From the NCBI GenBank assembly GCA_951406725.2, contig OX597818.1:12462001-12526000 (forward strand): a stretch of 64,000 nucleotides of DNA, written 5' to 3'. Under the pieces are notes generated by a model. The model saw only the letters and a program-made list of their open reading frames with translations, was not told where the DNA came from and searched no databases. Positions 42,331-56,405 of the stretch are shown here, piece by piece. This stretch comes from Octopus vulgaris (taxonomy: Eukaryota). The position numbers and the translations under genes were made by a program. Each line of letters opens with the position of its first letter. Positions within the stretch are counted from its first letter, which is position 1.

Positions 42331-44612
42331 AGATGGAAAGACCCTTCATCAATTCTTTTCAGCCTAACATCAGGTTAAGCACCTAGCATTTAATCTATAT
42401 CCTTAACATGACGTTAACATTCTATCTTTGTTGTAGCAGCCCAATAGACCTGTAGAAAAAAGAAACATTTCCTTCTCCCATATGAACAAACAACATTTGA
42501 GAATTTGAATAGCACTTATAATAACACATATAATTTATAGCACGAAAACTGCAGAATTTAGTTATTTTTATTATTAGAACAATATCTATTTTATCTTAGT
42601 CGATTTTATTACATGCAATCTTTGCAACATTCGAAATATTTTGTTTTCGATAAGGAACCGTTCACGTGATGTCATAATTATAAGTTCATCTAGGAGATTA
42701 CAATTACAAACAATTGTTATATATGTATATAAGTATCTATATCTGTCTATGAACAGAGAATGCCTCCTTACATGCACTCATATATGTTTATGAGTATGAG
42801 TGCTAGTATCTGTATGCATTTGTGCGTGCGCGTGTGTGTGCTTGGATGTGTATTCGAAGAGCTTCTATTCAACTAGAGTTACTGCCAAATGACTCGAATC
42901 AGAATTAGAGCCAGGGAAAATATATCTGGTGGTTAAGGATTTCAAAAGATTCTAACAGAAAGACACGTGTTCCCTTAAGCGTGACTATTAATCTCCTTTT
43001 CTTTTATAATTATTATTATCCTCAAACTGGCAGAATCGTTAAGACGTCGGAAAAAATACTTTACGGTTATTCTTTCGGCTCCGAACATAACAAGTTCAAT
43101 TTCGTCTTTCTTCCCACAGGGGTCGGTAAAACAATGTGCCACCAGTTAAGAATTATTAATGCAGCATTGTATTTCACTCTAACTTTGAGCTTTACGTCTC
43201 TTTTTTTTCTATCTTATTTTGTTATATTATTTATATATGACTCACAGCTGTTGCATTCCTAAATTTACAAACTTTTTCCCGGCCCCTTCAAGTTGTCTAT
43301 TTCCCCATCAGTTTTTAAATATTTCCGTTTTACTTTAGCAACACTTGAAAGCCCACGATTCTTAATAAGTTTCTATTGTTTTGTAGAAGCATCAACAGCT
43401 CTAAGTTTCCATTCATCTTAAAGGGTCACTCGAGTGAGACAAGCAGCCTTTTATCAGCGATTATTTGAAATTTCTAAATAAGATATATGTACAAACACAC
43501 AACGTGTGTGTGTTTATATACGTGTGTGTGTATATATGCATACACACATATACATGTGTGTGCGTGTGTACGCTACTGGTTTTCTGAATGCCATAAAGGA
43601 TGCTATTGTCGGCGCAATAAGTGAAAATATTTACTCAGACTACAGAAAATCTTTAACAAATGTTATTACTCTTGAAAGAAAACTATATTTCTGTGCTTTC
43701 AAAGCATTTTCTTTCAAAAACATTACTAATAGAAAATGTGGTAACATAAAAGAGAACAAGAATGTTAGAAGATGGATACTTAGGAATAAAGAAGCAGAAG
43801 AAAATATAAAAAAGGCAAATGGAGATATAATGAATATATCATCAACAGCCGTTTAAAATGATTTAATGAATTATGCCCTCACATATATACTCGCACATAA
43901 TCAGAGTGAAAGAAAGAGTAAACAGGAAATATTATTAAAGAATAGTAAAGGAAGGAAGAGAGAGAAAGAGAGAGGAGGTGAGAGAGAAAGAGAGAGAGAG
44001 GGAGAGAAAGAGGGGGAGCATGCAAGACTGCGGGAGCGGGGGAAGGGGTGGATTTCAATACACTCGTTTCTACCATAAACACTAGCACTACTACTATACC
44101 CGTACACACAGGTACAGGCACTCATATGTCTATATATATGCATGTTTTATATTATATATGTATCGCTTTGCTACGCTAAAATGAGCCCTTTCTATAGAAT
44201 TTAGTTTACTTGTTCTGAGAGTAATCAAAATCGATACAATACACACACACACACACACACATACACATACATACATACATACATACATACATACATACAT
44301 ACACACACACATACATACACACATACATACATACGTAAACGTACATACGCTCATACACACGCCCACACACATGTATGCATATGATTTTGTATATTGTTTG
44401 CATGAAGAAAGCATAGAGTTACAAGTACTGAGTACCCTAAGGTGTAGTGCGTGTTATATATTCTTGAATGTGTTACTTGTTTACTGAAATTCTGCAAACG
44501 TATAGGCAGTTGAAAGAATATATATATATATATATATATAGAAATTCGGGGTGAGTACTTGATAATTATAAGCACCTGTGTATACCGTTTGGTGGTGTAG
44601 GTGGTGGAGTAA

Positions 44613-44747
44613 ATTGATCAAAATAAAAATAAAAACATGAGGCGAAGGATTTGTTATAATTATGCTTTGTTATAAATCTGTCTAATAAAGGCCCGAAACA
44701 TATGTACCGCTGAATCCTTCGCCTCATGTTTTTATTTTTATTTTGAT

Positions 44748-44751
<4 letters not shown>
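44613..44751. repeat. Perfect 39-bp inverted repeat with 61-nt spacer
   Basis: attgatcaaaataaaaataaaaacatgaggcgaaggatt (44613..44651) is the exact reverse complement of 44713..44751. Confidence 0.95.
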
Positions 44752-44789
<38 letters not shown>

Positions 44790-44832
44790 ATATATATGTT
44801 TATATATATATGTATATATATAAATATATATG

Positions 44833-44875
<43 letters not shown>

Positions 44876-45339
44876 ATGTATGTATGTATGTATTTAGTGA
44901 AATATAATTGTAAGATACAAGGATCTCGCTGTAGTTAGTAAGAGTCCAGCAATCCGTAGTAGTTATAAAAAAACAACTTTCAGGAACAATAATAGTTTAT
45001 TGACGTAGACTGTTGTAGGCGTTTCCCCATATCGAAGTTCGATAAGCTGAAACAAATTTTTTTATAGTTTACGGTTAGCAACTAGAGTTGCTATGACTAA
45101 AAAAAAATCCAAGTTGAAGGAATGGAGCAGGTAAATTCCAGGTTGTATACGTTTCCTAGCTAGCAAATCCTCGTAATTAATTGTTACTCAATAAGAAGCA
45201 CTCAGTTGCTTGTTAAACCGAAGATTCCTTAGTTGTATGAATGTCACATTGTCGTCAAGGGACCCCATGTTAACTCGCCGGAGATATCATTTTAAATGAG
45301 TGATGAAGCCGGAAGAAAAAAAAATTAACTTGGGATCCC

Positions 45340-45386
<47 letters not shown>

Positions 45387-45437
45387 ATGTATGTATGTAT
45401 GTATGTATGTATGTATGTATGTATGTATGTATGTATG

Positions 45438-45478
<41 letters not shown>

Positions 45479-45482
45479 ATTG

Positions 45483-45531
<49 letters not shown>

Positions 45532-46144
45532 ATACATATATATATATATATACACACGCACACATATATAGCGAGAGATAGATTGATAAAGGGAGAGGGA
45601 GAGAGAGCACGTAAGAGATAAAGGAGAATTAGAAATGTGCTTTTTTAAATAAATTCGTACACACACACACACATACACACACAAATCTATGTGTATGTGT
45701 TTCTTGCTTTGTAGATCAAACCTTCGCATAAAGTTTCATACGCGTATTCGTAAATATATATTTTCATTTTCGATCAAATTATTTCCTCCCGAATGAATAC
45801 ACGATGTTTGCAATTTAATACCTATATACATAGTGATATATAAGTATTGTTCGAGTTTTCATCCTTGTATTTTTGGTGGCAGAATCGTTAAAACGTCATG
45901 TTTGCCGTCCATTCCACCAAGGTCAACTTGTACCAGCAAAATAAAATATCAGACACGTAAAGCTTCGATTCAGCTGACTGATCAGTACTCAATAATTTGA
46001 AAGCTTGTGTAACTGTGAGAAAGCATTATCAACTGTTAACCCATTATTAACAAGATTTTTGTTTTCAAATCTATGATCTCAGAACCTGAGATAGATCCCA
46101 AATCTGTCCTCTCATACCAACTCACAGACATAAATACATAATTA

Positions 46145-46879
46145 CAGGGTGTTCGGGCTAAAATTTGACGAATGTTTACGTTTCCTTTTTTTTCTGGAAC
46201 AGCTTAATGTCTTGGTGACAGACATTGGCGTTGGAGAGCATTAAGATTTAATTTGTAGTTGAGAAAAAAAAGACGTGACCAAGAGGAGGAGACATAACAA
46301 GCATTCTAACAACTTCCGCACGCCTCCACACCTTTGAACAATTCAGATAGTTATGTGAAACTACTGGAGACTGTGATGAATCTCTGGTTGGAAAGGGTTG
46401 CTGCTGGATAGCCATAGGTGTAGGAGCAGGATTCGTGTCCTTGGCACACCTCTGATAAAAGTCAGAAGTGGTTGTCGGAGAATTTCTATGGCACTCCTCT
46501 GGTAAAAGTCAGAAGTGGTTGTCGGAGAATTTCTACGGCTTCGACAGCCTAAATTTCTGACCGTCTAACTTCCTCTATTGTAATCCCATGGATTAGTTAC
46601 TGTGAAGGGTGCGGTTAAAAAAAAGACACCAATCACTTTTCCTGAAACATCAATGCCGCACTAATATCCCAGATCTAAGAGGTGTTCTCAGATTTTCCCA
46701 GTGATACAGTGAGGAACGCATGCGCCAAGTTCCGGAGTCATCTTGAGGCTGCAGGGAAGCTAAGGACGGTTACTTTGAGTAAACTATTATCTCCTAGCCA
46801 TAATCAGCTTCATAGCTTCGGATATTGTGTTTTCTTTTTGCTTTTATACAAATTTGTCAAGTTTTGCCTGAAAACCCTG
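46145..46879 (+). mobile_element. Tc1/mariner-superfamily deletion derivative with imperfect ~28-bp TIRs
   Basis: TA|CAGGGTGTTCGGGCTAAAATTTGAC and GTCAAGTTTTGCCTGAAAACCCTG; internal relics EQDSCPWHT (cf. QQDSAPCH) and PSN..YCNPMD (cf. PNSPDCNPLD); internal ~40-bp tandem duplication at 46449..46535. Confidence 0.75.
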
Positions 46880-48971
46880 TGTACATACATACATACGTTC
46901 GTAGGTACGTACATACACACATACATACATATACCCACAGACACGCACATATTATATATATGTACAGGTATATGTGCATGTATACACGCACATATACATA
47001 AACATATGTATGTGTGTGTGTGCGCATGTGTATTTATAAGTCCATAAGCCTTATATATACAATTTTCAGTGTCTTATTAATGTTCAAGCCTTTGTTGTTT
47101 GTATATGATGTATTTATGTATAGTGACTTGAAGACAAAAATAAAGCAAAATAAGCAAAATTAAATCATCTAGTTAATTGATTATATATTTTGACGTATTC
47201 TTTCCAGATCTACCAAATGGTGGACAGCATTTTGAAACCTCATCGATCAGAAAGTGAAATCACTATTTTAATGAATCATTGTTTCATTTATTCTAACGAC
47301 AGAGAAAAAGATATTCGCAGTAAAATCCCGTCTCATTCTCTGATAAAAGAATTGTGTGACAAATTAAAACAAAATTAAAGCAATAAACATCAGCAAAACC
47401 CTCAACGATCAAAATATGAAATTTTGCAACCATCAGCAAACATTGTACCTTGCGAGGCCATCAAACGAAAACAATCATAATTCAACGTTTGTGAAATAGC
47501 ACAGGCACATAAATTTTGCCATGTCTAAGACACAAAAAAGATATGAACTTATCTGTCAATAATATCTGTAAGATTCCATATATGTAGAACTGGTTTACTG
47601 TACCTGTAGAGACATACCAATTGCATTTCTTCATTGTAACCAAAAACAAGAAATTTCGACACTTCTAGTGTGGATAGTACAAACAAAACTAGATATGCTA
47701 CCATTTTCTTTCGCGACTCTCTTGTGAATGCAAAGATATATTTTCTAGTGGCTACTTCGAATTTGTGGTTGTACACAGCCAATAACTTGACCATAATTGA
47801 TCTTTACAAACCTCTTTAAGCATTCATATATTTGATGCAACAGTGCATCAATAATATTTAGCATGATAATTCTAGGAACACGTTAAGAAGCGATTTCAAG
47901 CTTCTTCATGTGAACTGATATCAAAAGATTTTGAAATCAAGTAATTATATGAAAAAGCGGTTGTAGAATCGCTGTTTAACTTAACGGATAATTTTTCTCC
48001 GTCAATTCATGTCTAAGCACACACTTTAAATTAAGTACTTACAAACAATATAGCGTCATGCTTATCATCTTAGTTAGGGAAAATCTTCCCTCAGACCAAG
48101 ATATGGGTTTCTGCAATCTTATTTCTAAGTATTCCAAATCCAAATTTACTGATCTTACTCCATCACAATAATTTAATATATAGGCTATAAAAAAGCATAA
48201 TTGGGAGCATCTAATACTGTTACAGATGCCCTATCACAAAAGGTTTGAAGGTATTATTATCACAACGCGTTATGAAACACAACGACATATAAAGCGAAAA
48301 ATAGAAGTAAGTTACTAAGAGTAGAAAAATAAATTTTCATCAGGAAAATAATAAAGAAAATTTCATTTACATATCGATAGAATAAGTACCAGGCTTTTAA
48401 AAAATGTAAGTCCTGAGACTAAAAACTTTTCAAGACGGTGCCAAAGCATGGGTGCAGTCAAATGACTGAAACAAGTAAATGATAAAAGATACTACTATCA
48501 CCAGCAAGTGAACCTAAAATCGACAGGAATATCAAACGCATTCACCCCAGTACTTAATTCTTAAAGTCATGTAATCATTATACCGTTTTATCATGCCGAG
48601 CTTCTAATTTAACAGGACGTAAACGAAGCAATATCGTTTGTCAAGCGGTGGTGAGGAAACACACACACACTTGTGTATCTGTATGTGTTTGTTGTATCTA
48701 TGCATGTATACCTATACACACGTGTATAAATAAACATCACCCTCGTTACGGAAGCGATGTATTCTTGAGTATTTTGTAAACAATATGGAAGACTATGAGT
48801 CGAAACCAACTTTCCCGATTTCTTTCCATGAGCATAGAAGTTTACGGGCAAATATGTTTGATATTCAAGATTTCACGTTACGTTACGAAACACAACGCTT
48901 CCGTAACACAGAAAACAGCCCAATATGCATTTATATATATGCATGCATACATACATACATACATACATACA

Positions 48972-49002
<31 letters not shown>

Positions 49003-49004
49003 GA

Positions 49005-49048
<44 letters not shown>

Positions 49049-49518
49049 GTATATTCGGACATGATCTGTATATAAAGTGCAACATACGTTTTAATATGTA
49101 TAGTGTAGATTTTCTAAGGCGTTAAATATATTATTGAGAATCCACAGGCAACTCGGATAACCTTTGTGCCACATTGCGCTCTTTGAGAAATAGCCTAAAG
49201 TAAGAAGAGAAAGTGCGAAAAGATGAGACTACGCCTATTTCCAGCCTGATAACTGTATGAACTAGGGGTCTTAACTTGGTAAATTACAATCCTTCTCTAG
49301 ACAGAAAATCACTTGGTTTTACTCTTCACAGACTTTCTCATCTCACACTATATTCAGGGTAACTATATTCGATAATTCATTTGTTATTTAAAAGTTTGAT
49401 GTTTGTTAGATAACATCTAAGGAACCAAACCTAGACAGGGATGTTTTCTTACACGAAATTCAGTTTTACTTTGCACATGAAAAATTATACCTTTACACAT
49501 ACGTTCTTAGACACATAT

Positions 49519-49593
<75 letters not shown>

Positions 49594-49772
49594 AATAAGA
49601 ATATAATGATATATCATAATAATAATATATATACGTTATTAAGTCTCCGGGTTTGTTTACAAAATATTATATATATATATATGTTTGTGTGTGTGTGCTT
49701 GTATGTATGTAGATTGTGTGTGTGTGGATTGTGTGTGTATTTGTGTGTGTGTGGATTGTGTGTGTATTTGTG

Positions 49773-49803
<31 letters not shown>

Positions 49804-50142
49804 TTGTGTGTGAGTGTGTATTGTGAAGATCATGTCAACGGTAACTGTTACCTATCGGTATGTTCAACTTCTGCAAGAATCTTTACTTACTACTGTTTAT
49901 ATATATGTAGGGAATCTCCATCAAAAAGCTGGAATGTGTGAGATGGTTTTACTTTTTGTCAAGAATATGAATGAGTGGGCTTTATTTTGTCCGAACTATA
50001 AACTAAGCCTTTATTTAAGGATCAGTACTGTTTACATTTAACGATATAAGCTAAGATCAGTAGGCAGGTTGGTTCAAGGCAATTTAGAGTGACAACAGAG
50101 AATGGACAAAAAAAGACAAGTATTGAGAAGGTTTGTTAAATA

Positions 50143-50900
50143 CAAGGTGCATTCCAGAAGTTTTCAGACTTTTGAGGTGAGATATTTATTAACTTCTAAG
50201 ATGTACAAACTTTAAATCCTCTTCAAGAGCTGCTCCTCTAACTGCAGTGCAAATGTTGACTTGCTCCAGTCACCTCGGGGAGGCCACATGGAAGGCTTCC
50301 ACAGTGAAGCTGTCCGGGAGTCTTTTGAATGTGAAGAATTTATTCTCCTTCACATTCAAAACAACTGCCCCTGTGGTTCTCCTTCAGACTGGGAAACAAC
50401 CAAAGGACGCAGGCAGCAAGGTCTTGACTGACGGTGAGGGGCAGTTTTGATACCATATCTGTCAAGCAGTTGTTTACCAAGATACTCGTCCCCGAGCACT
50501 CTGGGTACAAAAATTAATAAATTTTTGCGCATTTTCAGATCTTCATAAATAATTCTGTGTACATTGCCATACCAATTTCAAACTGTATGCTTAATGTCTT
50601 TATAGACACACGACGGTCTTTATCCAGATATTCGTGAATTTTCTTAACCGGATCTCATATTCTGACATCCCTCTCTCTAACATTCCCTGCATCGTATATC
50701 ACTCCTACTACAGCGTTCTTGAATATCTTGTGCTTCCGACGAAATAAATTCATAAGCAGTCTGGGTGTATTTCATAAATTTACGCAGGTTTCTTGCCCAG
50801 TTTTACACAAAACTTCACAAAACGTTATTGTGTAACAAGCTTCTAAGCGTCCCGACTGCATTCTGCAAAGTAATCAGCTGTAACAAGTAGTGTTTAGCAG
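50143..50900 (-). mobile_element. Decayed mariner element
   Basis: Minus strand SQDLAACVLWLFPSLKENHRGSCFE (~50345..50430) matches SPDLAPCDFWLFPKLKE.LRG.RFE; TA-flanked TIR-like end at 50143. Confidence 0.6.
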
Positions 50901-51165
50901 GGTATATTCAAACTGGGGTGACAGATGCTTTCTTGAATCCAGGATGACAAAAGTTAACAAAGCGGCTTATTAAATGTATGGTAAGGATATACTAAGGCAA
51001 CAATAATCGAGGGCAGATATAAATACCTCTCATAAAAGTAAAAAAACGTTGGGATTCACTTCGTAGTTATTGTTACAAGTTCAAGATTGAGAACAATAGC
51101 TAAGAAATTTCAGTATAATTATACATTTTAAATTATATTGAAACATTTCAAATTATACTTAGATA

Positions 51166-51251
51166 TTTTAATTATCTAAAACTTCACAATTTTTAGATAA
51201 ATTGTGAAATTCTGATAATTTAGATAATTGTGAAGTTTTAGATAATTAAAA
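51166..51251. repeat. Perfect 26-bp inverted repeat with 34-nt spacer
   Basis: ttttaattatctaaaacttcacaatt / aattgtgaagttttagataattaaaa. Confidence 0.9.
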
Positions 51252-52153
51252 AGAAATGATAATATAATTTATCTTCTATTTCTTTAAGCTAATGTGTGGC
51301 TACGAAGAAACTGCTCCAAAGTAATAATAGTGATTGTTACTTAATTTTACAAGTGTATGAATGTAGAAGAAATTTACTTACGGTTTCTAATCAGTTTTTA
51401 TTGCGGTTATCTATCTGGTAATCAAATGGTGTGTGAAATTAAGTTTGTGATCTTTTAAATATGTACGGCATTTGTTAATTTAGTAAAGGGCATCTTCCTT
51501 CAACACAAATATTAAAAGCCATGCTTTGACAAATACATTCATTTCATTCAGCCACAGCACATTGATTTTTTTAATAAGTACTTCACACAGTGTTGTACAT
51601 AAGTTTACAGAAACTTCTTTACTCTATGTATATTCCTAGTTTTATCTGATTTAACAAAGAGGTTGTTCTATACCGCGTTGGTTCTTCTGTGTAGGACATC
51701 TTGGAATTTATTCTTGTATGTTTGCAATCTTTTCTTTTTCTTTTGCTTTTACCATGTTGAGGAGATTCTTTCCAAATGGCTGGTTGAGAATGTTTAGAGG
51801 TAAAGAAATAATTGTTTTCAGTCCACAATTGTGTTTTTTTTTCTTTTTTGATTCGTTTGTTGCATTTTTCTCGAGGAAATAGGCATTTTATCGTATTCCT
51901 TTGATGAAGCTTTCGGTCTGCTGTAGAAATACTTTAAAATAAACTTTTTTCTCTGGCATCGGTGTATTTTTCTTTGAGAAAGAAATGTCGACGGTTTACA
52001 TCTTGATGAATGTCTGTATTTGTATATAAGTACTTTGCTTAGTTGCAGGAACAGGGAATGGTTTACATTTCGATTGAATTTATACTAATATTAGACTCAA
52101 ATTTATAGTGCGGATTCAGTTCAAAGTGATAACATTATCTAAGTGATGCATTA

Positions 52154-52224
<71 letters not shown>

Positions 52225-52612
52225 CAGGTGTAGCTGTGGGTTAAGAACTTTGATTCCCAACCACATGGTCTCGGGCTCAGTCCCGCTGCTCGCTACTTTG
52301 GGCAAGCCTCTTCTAATGTAGCGTCGGGTAATATATATTTATATATATATGAAGGCTAAATACCATCTAGTGAAAAGATAACGTCTTAAACAGAGATGAA
52401 ACCTCTAACTGCACACACAATCAGTATTTTACACACCGACTTTTCAAAGAGGGACCACCACCCACTCCGCCGATCCCACCAGGATAGGTTTCTTCCCTAA
52501 AAGTGAACATTAAATATATACAACATACGAACTCCACACGCCCCCCGCCCCACTGATGAATTCCTTCAATACACAAAGATACGAACATTACACATACCCA
52601 GCATATAATATA

Positions 52613-52829
52613 TTATTCTTTCTACTAAAGGCACAAGGCCTAAAATTTTGTGAGAGGGGACAGGTTGATTATACCAATCCCAGTGTTTCACTGATGCTTA
52701 ATTTGTCGACCTCGAAAGGATAAAAGGCAAAGTCGACCGCAGCGGAATTTGAATTCAGAACGTGAAACGGACGAAATGGCGCTAGGCTCTTCACCCGGCG
52801 TGCTAGCGATTCTACCAGTTCACCGCCTT
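52613..52829 (-). mobile_element. SINE family A, tail type 1, with 13-bp TSD
   Basis: agcatataatata at 52600..52612 and 52830..52842. Confidence 0.88.
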
Positions 52830-53321
52830 AGCATATAATATAATATAATGCAAACAAATTCATCGTCCAGAACAGTTCTTATTCCCAAAAGCCTAACCTA
52901 AGTTTGTCGTATCTAAGAAATCACCTAAGACTAGAATTGAGTAGCTTGTAAACTGAGCTTGTCAAACCTTGTGTTCAGTTTTGTACCACACACACACAAA
53001 CGCACACACGCACACACAAACGCACACACACACAAACACACACACACACACACAAACATACACACACGCGCGCGCACATAATATAACAGAATATTTATTT
53101 TAAAATCTATGCCGAAAATTTTTAATGACACTTTAGTAAACCACACATGACTAACTGTATCGACTTGTGAGAAACATTAGGATCCGTGTGTCAGTCATAC
53201 AACTACATTTGTACTTCAGTTGGATTAGAAAATCATAATTCGTTCTCTTCGAAGAACATACATTAGATCACTTCAACGAAAACACAAATAAAGATAAAGA
53301 ATTATACATGTTTAATTGCTA

Positions 53322-53367
<46 letters not shown>

Positions 53368-53374
<7 letters not shown>

Positions 53375-53700
53375 TATAGAAGGAGCTTCTACAGGACTAG
53401 TACTGTTTCATTCAAGAGAAATCTTCAGGAAGCTATTTAACAAGAATTGTATTAGCATTTATACATTTAGAGGAGTGGTGGTGGGGGACTTTTTGGGGGT
53501 AGGCATAGCGCAAAATATCATACTTGGGGGAGTGGTCAAGGTAGAAGTTGTCTGTGTGTGGCAGGTTTGGTAGCCTTCAACTAACACTATCGCCTCCGAG
53601 ACCCAGCGGTGCAAGTTGACCAAAATTGAGATTGAGAGTATGATAGAAAGATTGCTCTTCATTCCGTAGAAGATAAAATTCAAATCGGACCATGTTAAGA
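53368..53700 (-). mobile_element. Penelope-like element 3' remnant
   Basis: Minus frame LRNEEQSF...FGQLAPLGL resembles the PLE GIY-YIG C-terminus (cf. RREQELIFSLRSYTPFGLN); followed by a hammerhead motif and (TA)n. Confidence 0.5.
53384..53434 (-). ncRNA. Type I hammerhead ribozyme motif
   Basis: AGCTTC CTGAAGA T TTC TCTT GAA T GAA ACAG TACTAGTC CTGT A GAAGCT: 6-bp stem I, intact core, 3-bp stem II with U.U base, 4-bp stem III, GUA cleavage triplet. Confidence 0.7.
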
Positions 53701-53909
53701 CCAACAATTATTTACATCAAAAGGCGCTTTTTTCTATGAAAATCCTTATTTTTTACGATTTCTTGACTGCTGTGTCGTCATTTTTTCGGTGTATTTCAAC
53801 CAGAAAAATGTTCACTTAAAGAGCTACATAATGCAAAATTGTTACTTTTGAAAAATTCCAATTATAAAGGGTCGAAACAAACCCGAGCAACGCCGGACGA
53901 TACTACGAG
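53700..53909 (+). mobile_element. Helitron 3' fragment
   Basis: acaaacccgagcaacgccggacgatactaCGAG|T matches the 3' end of 63528..63924. Confidence 0.6.
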
Positions 53910-54782
53910 TAATATATAAATCTCCGACGTACGTTTCTTATAAGCTAGTGTTGTATTATACTTTAACGTGATGAGTCTATATACGAATCGATCCATCTTT
54001 AAATCAATTATAGTATTACATACATAAACAGAATAACCATCATTTCGTCCTCAATGACGCCCACATTTTGACGGACTGTAGAATACCCGTGAGATATTTG
54101 TGCACGTATAACCTAGTAAATATTTACAAATATATAAAATAAATTGGTATATCTGTGTGTGTGTGAGTGTGTGTGTCCATTACATAAATACATATTTTAT
54201 ATATTTATGAAGAATTGTTCACCTATACATTACACAGAGATGCTCATTTAATTGCGTCGATATAAGCAATGAATTATGTGAATATATGAGCATATTATTT
54301 CTACCTTTATACCTGTAATTTTCCTTTCTTTTAAATATATGCAAGTCTAAATTCAATAGTATTAGAAAATACTTCACGAAACAGCATGGGGAATACAAAT
54401 AATTTTGTTCATTGATTGCTACAGACAACTCTAAATACTTTTGTTCTTCTCACTTATTTTTATACTTTGTGCGAAAACAAGTAATATGGAACTTCAGAGT
54501 TCTTTTCAATAATTTTGATAATATAGAATATGAATGGATGTTCTGATTGTAAAATTATAAAGAAATCGCATGATATTAACGAATATTGCTTAAATTGGAA
54601 TAGCTTATTTTGATTATCAGAATTAAATGGAGAAAGAGTGGAATCTCAAGCGACAGAGATTTCAATTTTTTCGAATTCTCCTACTTGAAAAATAGACTAT
54701 GAAAAAGAAATCTTTTGTTAAGACGGTTAATTAGTTTAGAAAACACCCTAGCGGGATTGAAATATTATTGTTGTTGTTGTTA

Positions 54783-54833
<51 letters not shown>

Positions 54834-54855
54834 AACAACAACAACAACAACAACA

Positions 54856-54892
<37 letters not shown>

Positions 54893-54903
54893 ACAATAAT
54901 AAT

Positions 54904-54986
<83 letters not shown>

Positions 54987-55001
54987 TAATAATAATAATA
55001 A
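54783..55001. repeat. Compound (TAC)n(AAC)n(AAT)n microsatellite
   Basis: Direct reading. Confidence 0.95.
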
Positions 55002-55267
55002 TTCAGCAATCTGATACTTATTTTATACATTCACTGAATAATAGCGTGCAGCTCTGTAGACCTTAGATACCTGCAATATTTTTGTTTGTTTTTGTGTTGT
55101 CTATTTTAATGAAAGATATTATGTAATGTGTCTGCAGAGTAACGCTATTTTCTGTGTGCTGTGTATATGTATAAATTCTTACATTATAGTCTTAAATATG
55201 CATTTGCCTTCATATTTATAAATAATTTTCAAGCTAACATTTTTCCTTCATCATATTCTGGTTATCT

Positions 55268-55828
55268 TGTAGTGACGTCATATTCCAGTCTGCGCACACG
55301 CAACGTCATTCTTCAGTGTGCGTGTGCGCAACGTCACCTTTGTAGTGACGTCATGTTCCAGTGTGCACACACGCAACGTCATTCTTCAGTGTGCGTGTGC
55401 GGAACGTCCTTCTTCAGTGTGCGTGTGCGGGGTTGGAACCTTCTAGAACCTTCTGGAAAGGCATAAGGAAGTTCCCCCATGCACATGCGCTAGAGACTGA
55501 AGAATAAATTCCATAGCGTTCCTTAATAGCGTTCGGAAACTTGAGGCACGGCGATCGAAGAGAAAGGACGTATTTTCATACGTGTGATCAACCTATTCTC
55601 CTGTCCCAGACGCTTGGGATTTAACCTATCTATTGCTGCTGAATTGTTGTAAGAATGGATACCAGTATACCATCGTGTTTCATTGTTGAATAAGAGAATA
55701 AATAATTATATATTTCTAAACTTGCTTTTCGTTCCTGACTGGTAGTTTCTAGAAACAAAAAGAAAGGAAATTGTGTTGCACCCAAGTTGCACCCCAAAAG
55801 TGTAAAGAAGCGACCAGTTCCCTTTACA
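55268..55828 (+). mobile_element. Solo LTR (Gypsy/Ty3-like), 561 bp
   Basis: TGTA...TACA termini; 4-bp TSD ATCT (55264..55267, 55829..55832); AATAAA at 55503; 73-bp tandem duplication at the 5' end. Confidence 0.75.
55435..55459. promoter_or_regulatory. Perfect five-unit heat-shock element inside the LTR
   Basis: gGAAc cTTCt aGAAc cTTCt gGAAa. Confidence 0.75.
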
Positions 55829-56273
55829 ATCTTTTTTCTCCAGATCTTTATATATGCGTTGATTCATCATTTATCACAGGGATGCATCATGGTTTGTTAG
55901 AACCTCAGTCGGAAGAAAATTCCTTTCTTGTTAGATCCTGATGATAACATGAATTCAATTAACATTGATATCCTTATCTGCAAGGATTAGTATTTCCCGA
56001 CGTATGATTATAGTAACTTGTGTCTCGAGGCATTTCATATTGCTAACATAACGCTCTGTCTTTGAAATGTCCAACTCTAACAGTATGTTAATATTGAGAC
56101 AGGCTGAACAAATAGGACTGGATTTTTTCTTCACAAGCTCTACATCCTTACTCTGCATTCCATCATATAACCAAACCCTTCAGTCTAATCAGTCTGTCAT
56201 GCGCTACTCTATTTTTATAGAAGTGCTGGAGATATTTCTAGCTGTAAAATCCCCTACATTTATGTATTCAACA

Positions 56274-56308
<35 letters not shown>

Positions 56309-56405
56309 CGGGAAGCTTTATGAAAATAAACAAAAGACGAAGGCAGGTGGAAAACAAACGAACAATTGTATTAGTATGGCGCTCAGGAAATATAAATAAA
56401 ACAAG

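Noticed and set aside
55268-55430. CRISPR-like direct repeats
   Set aside because: Tandem duplication without unique spacers, in a eukaryotic LTR; no cas genes.
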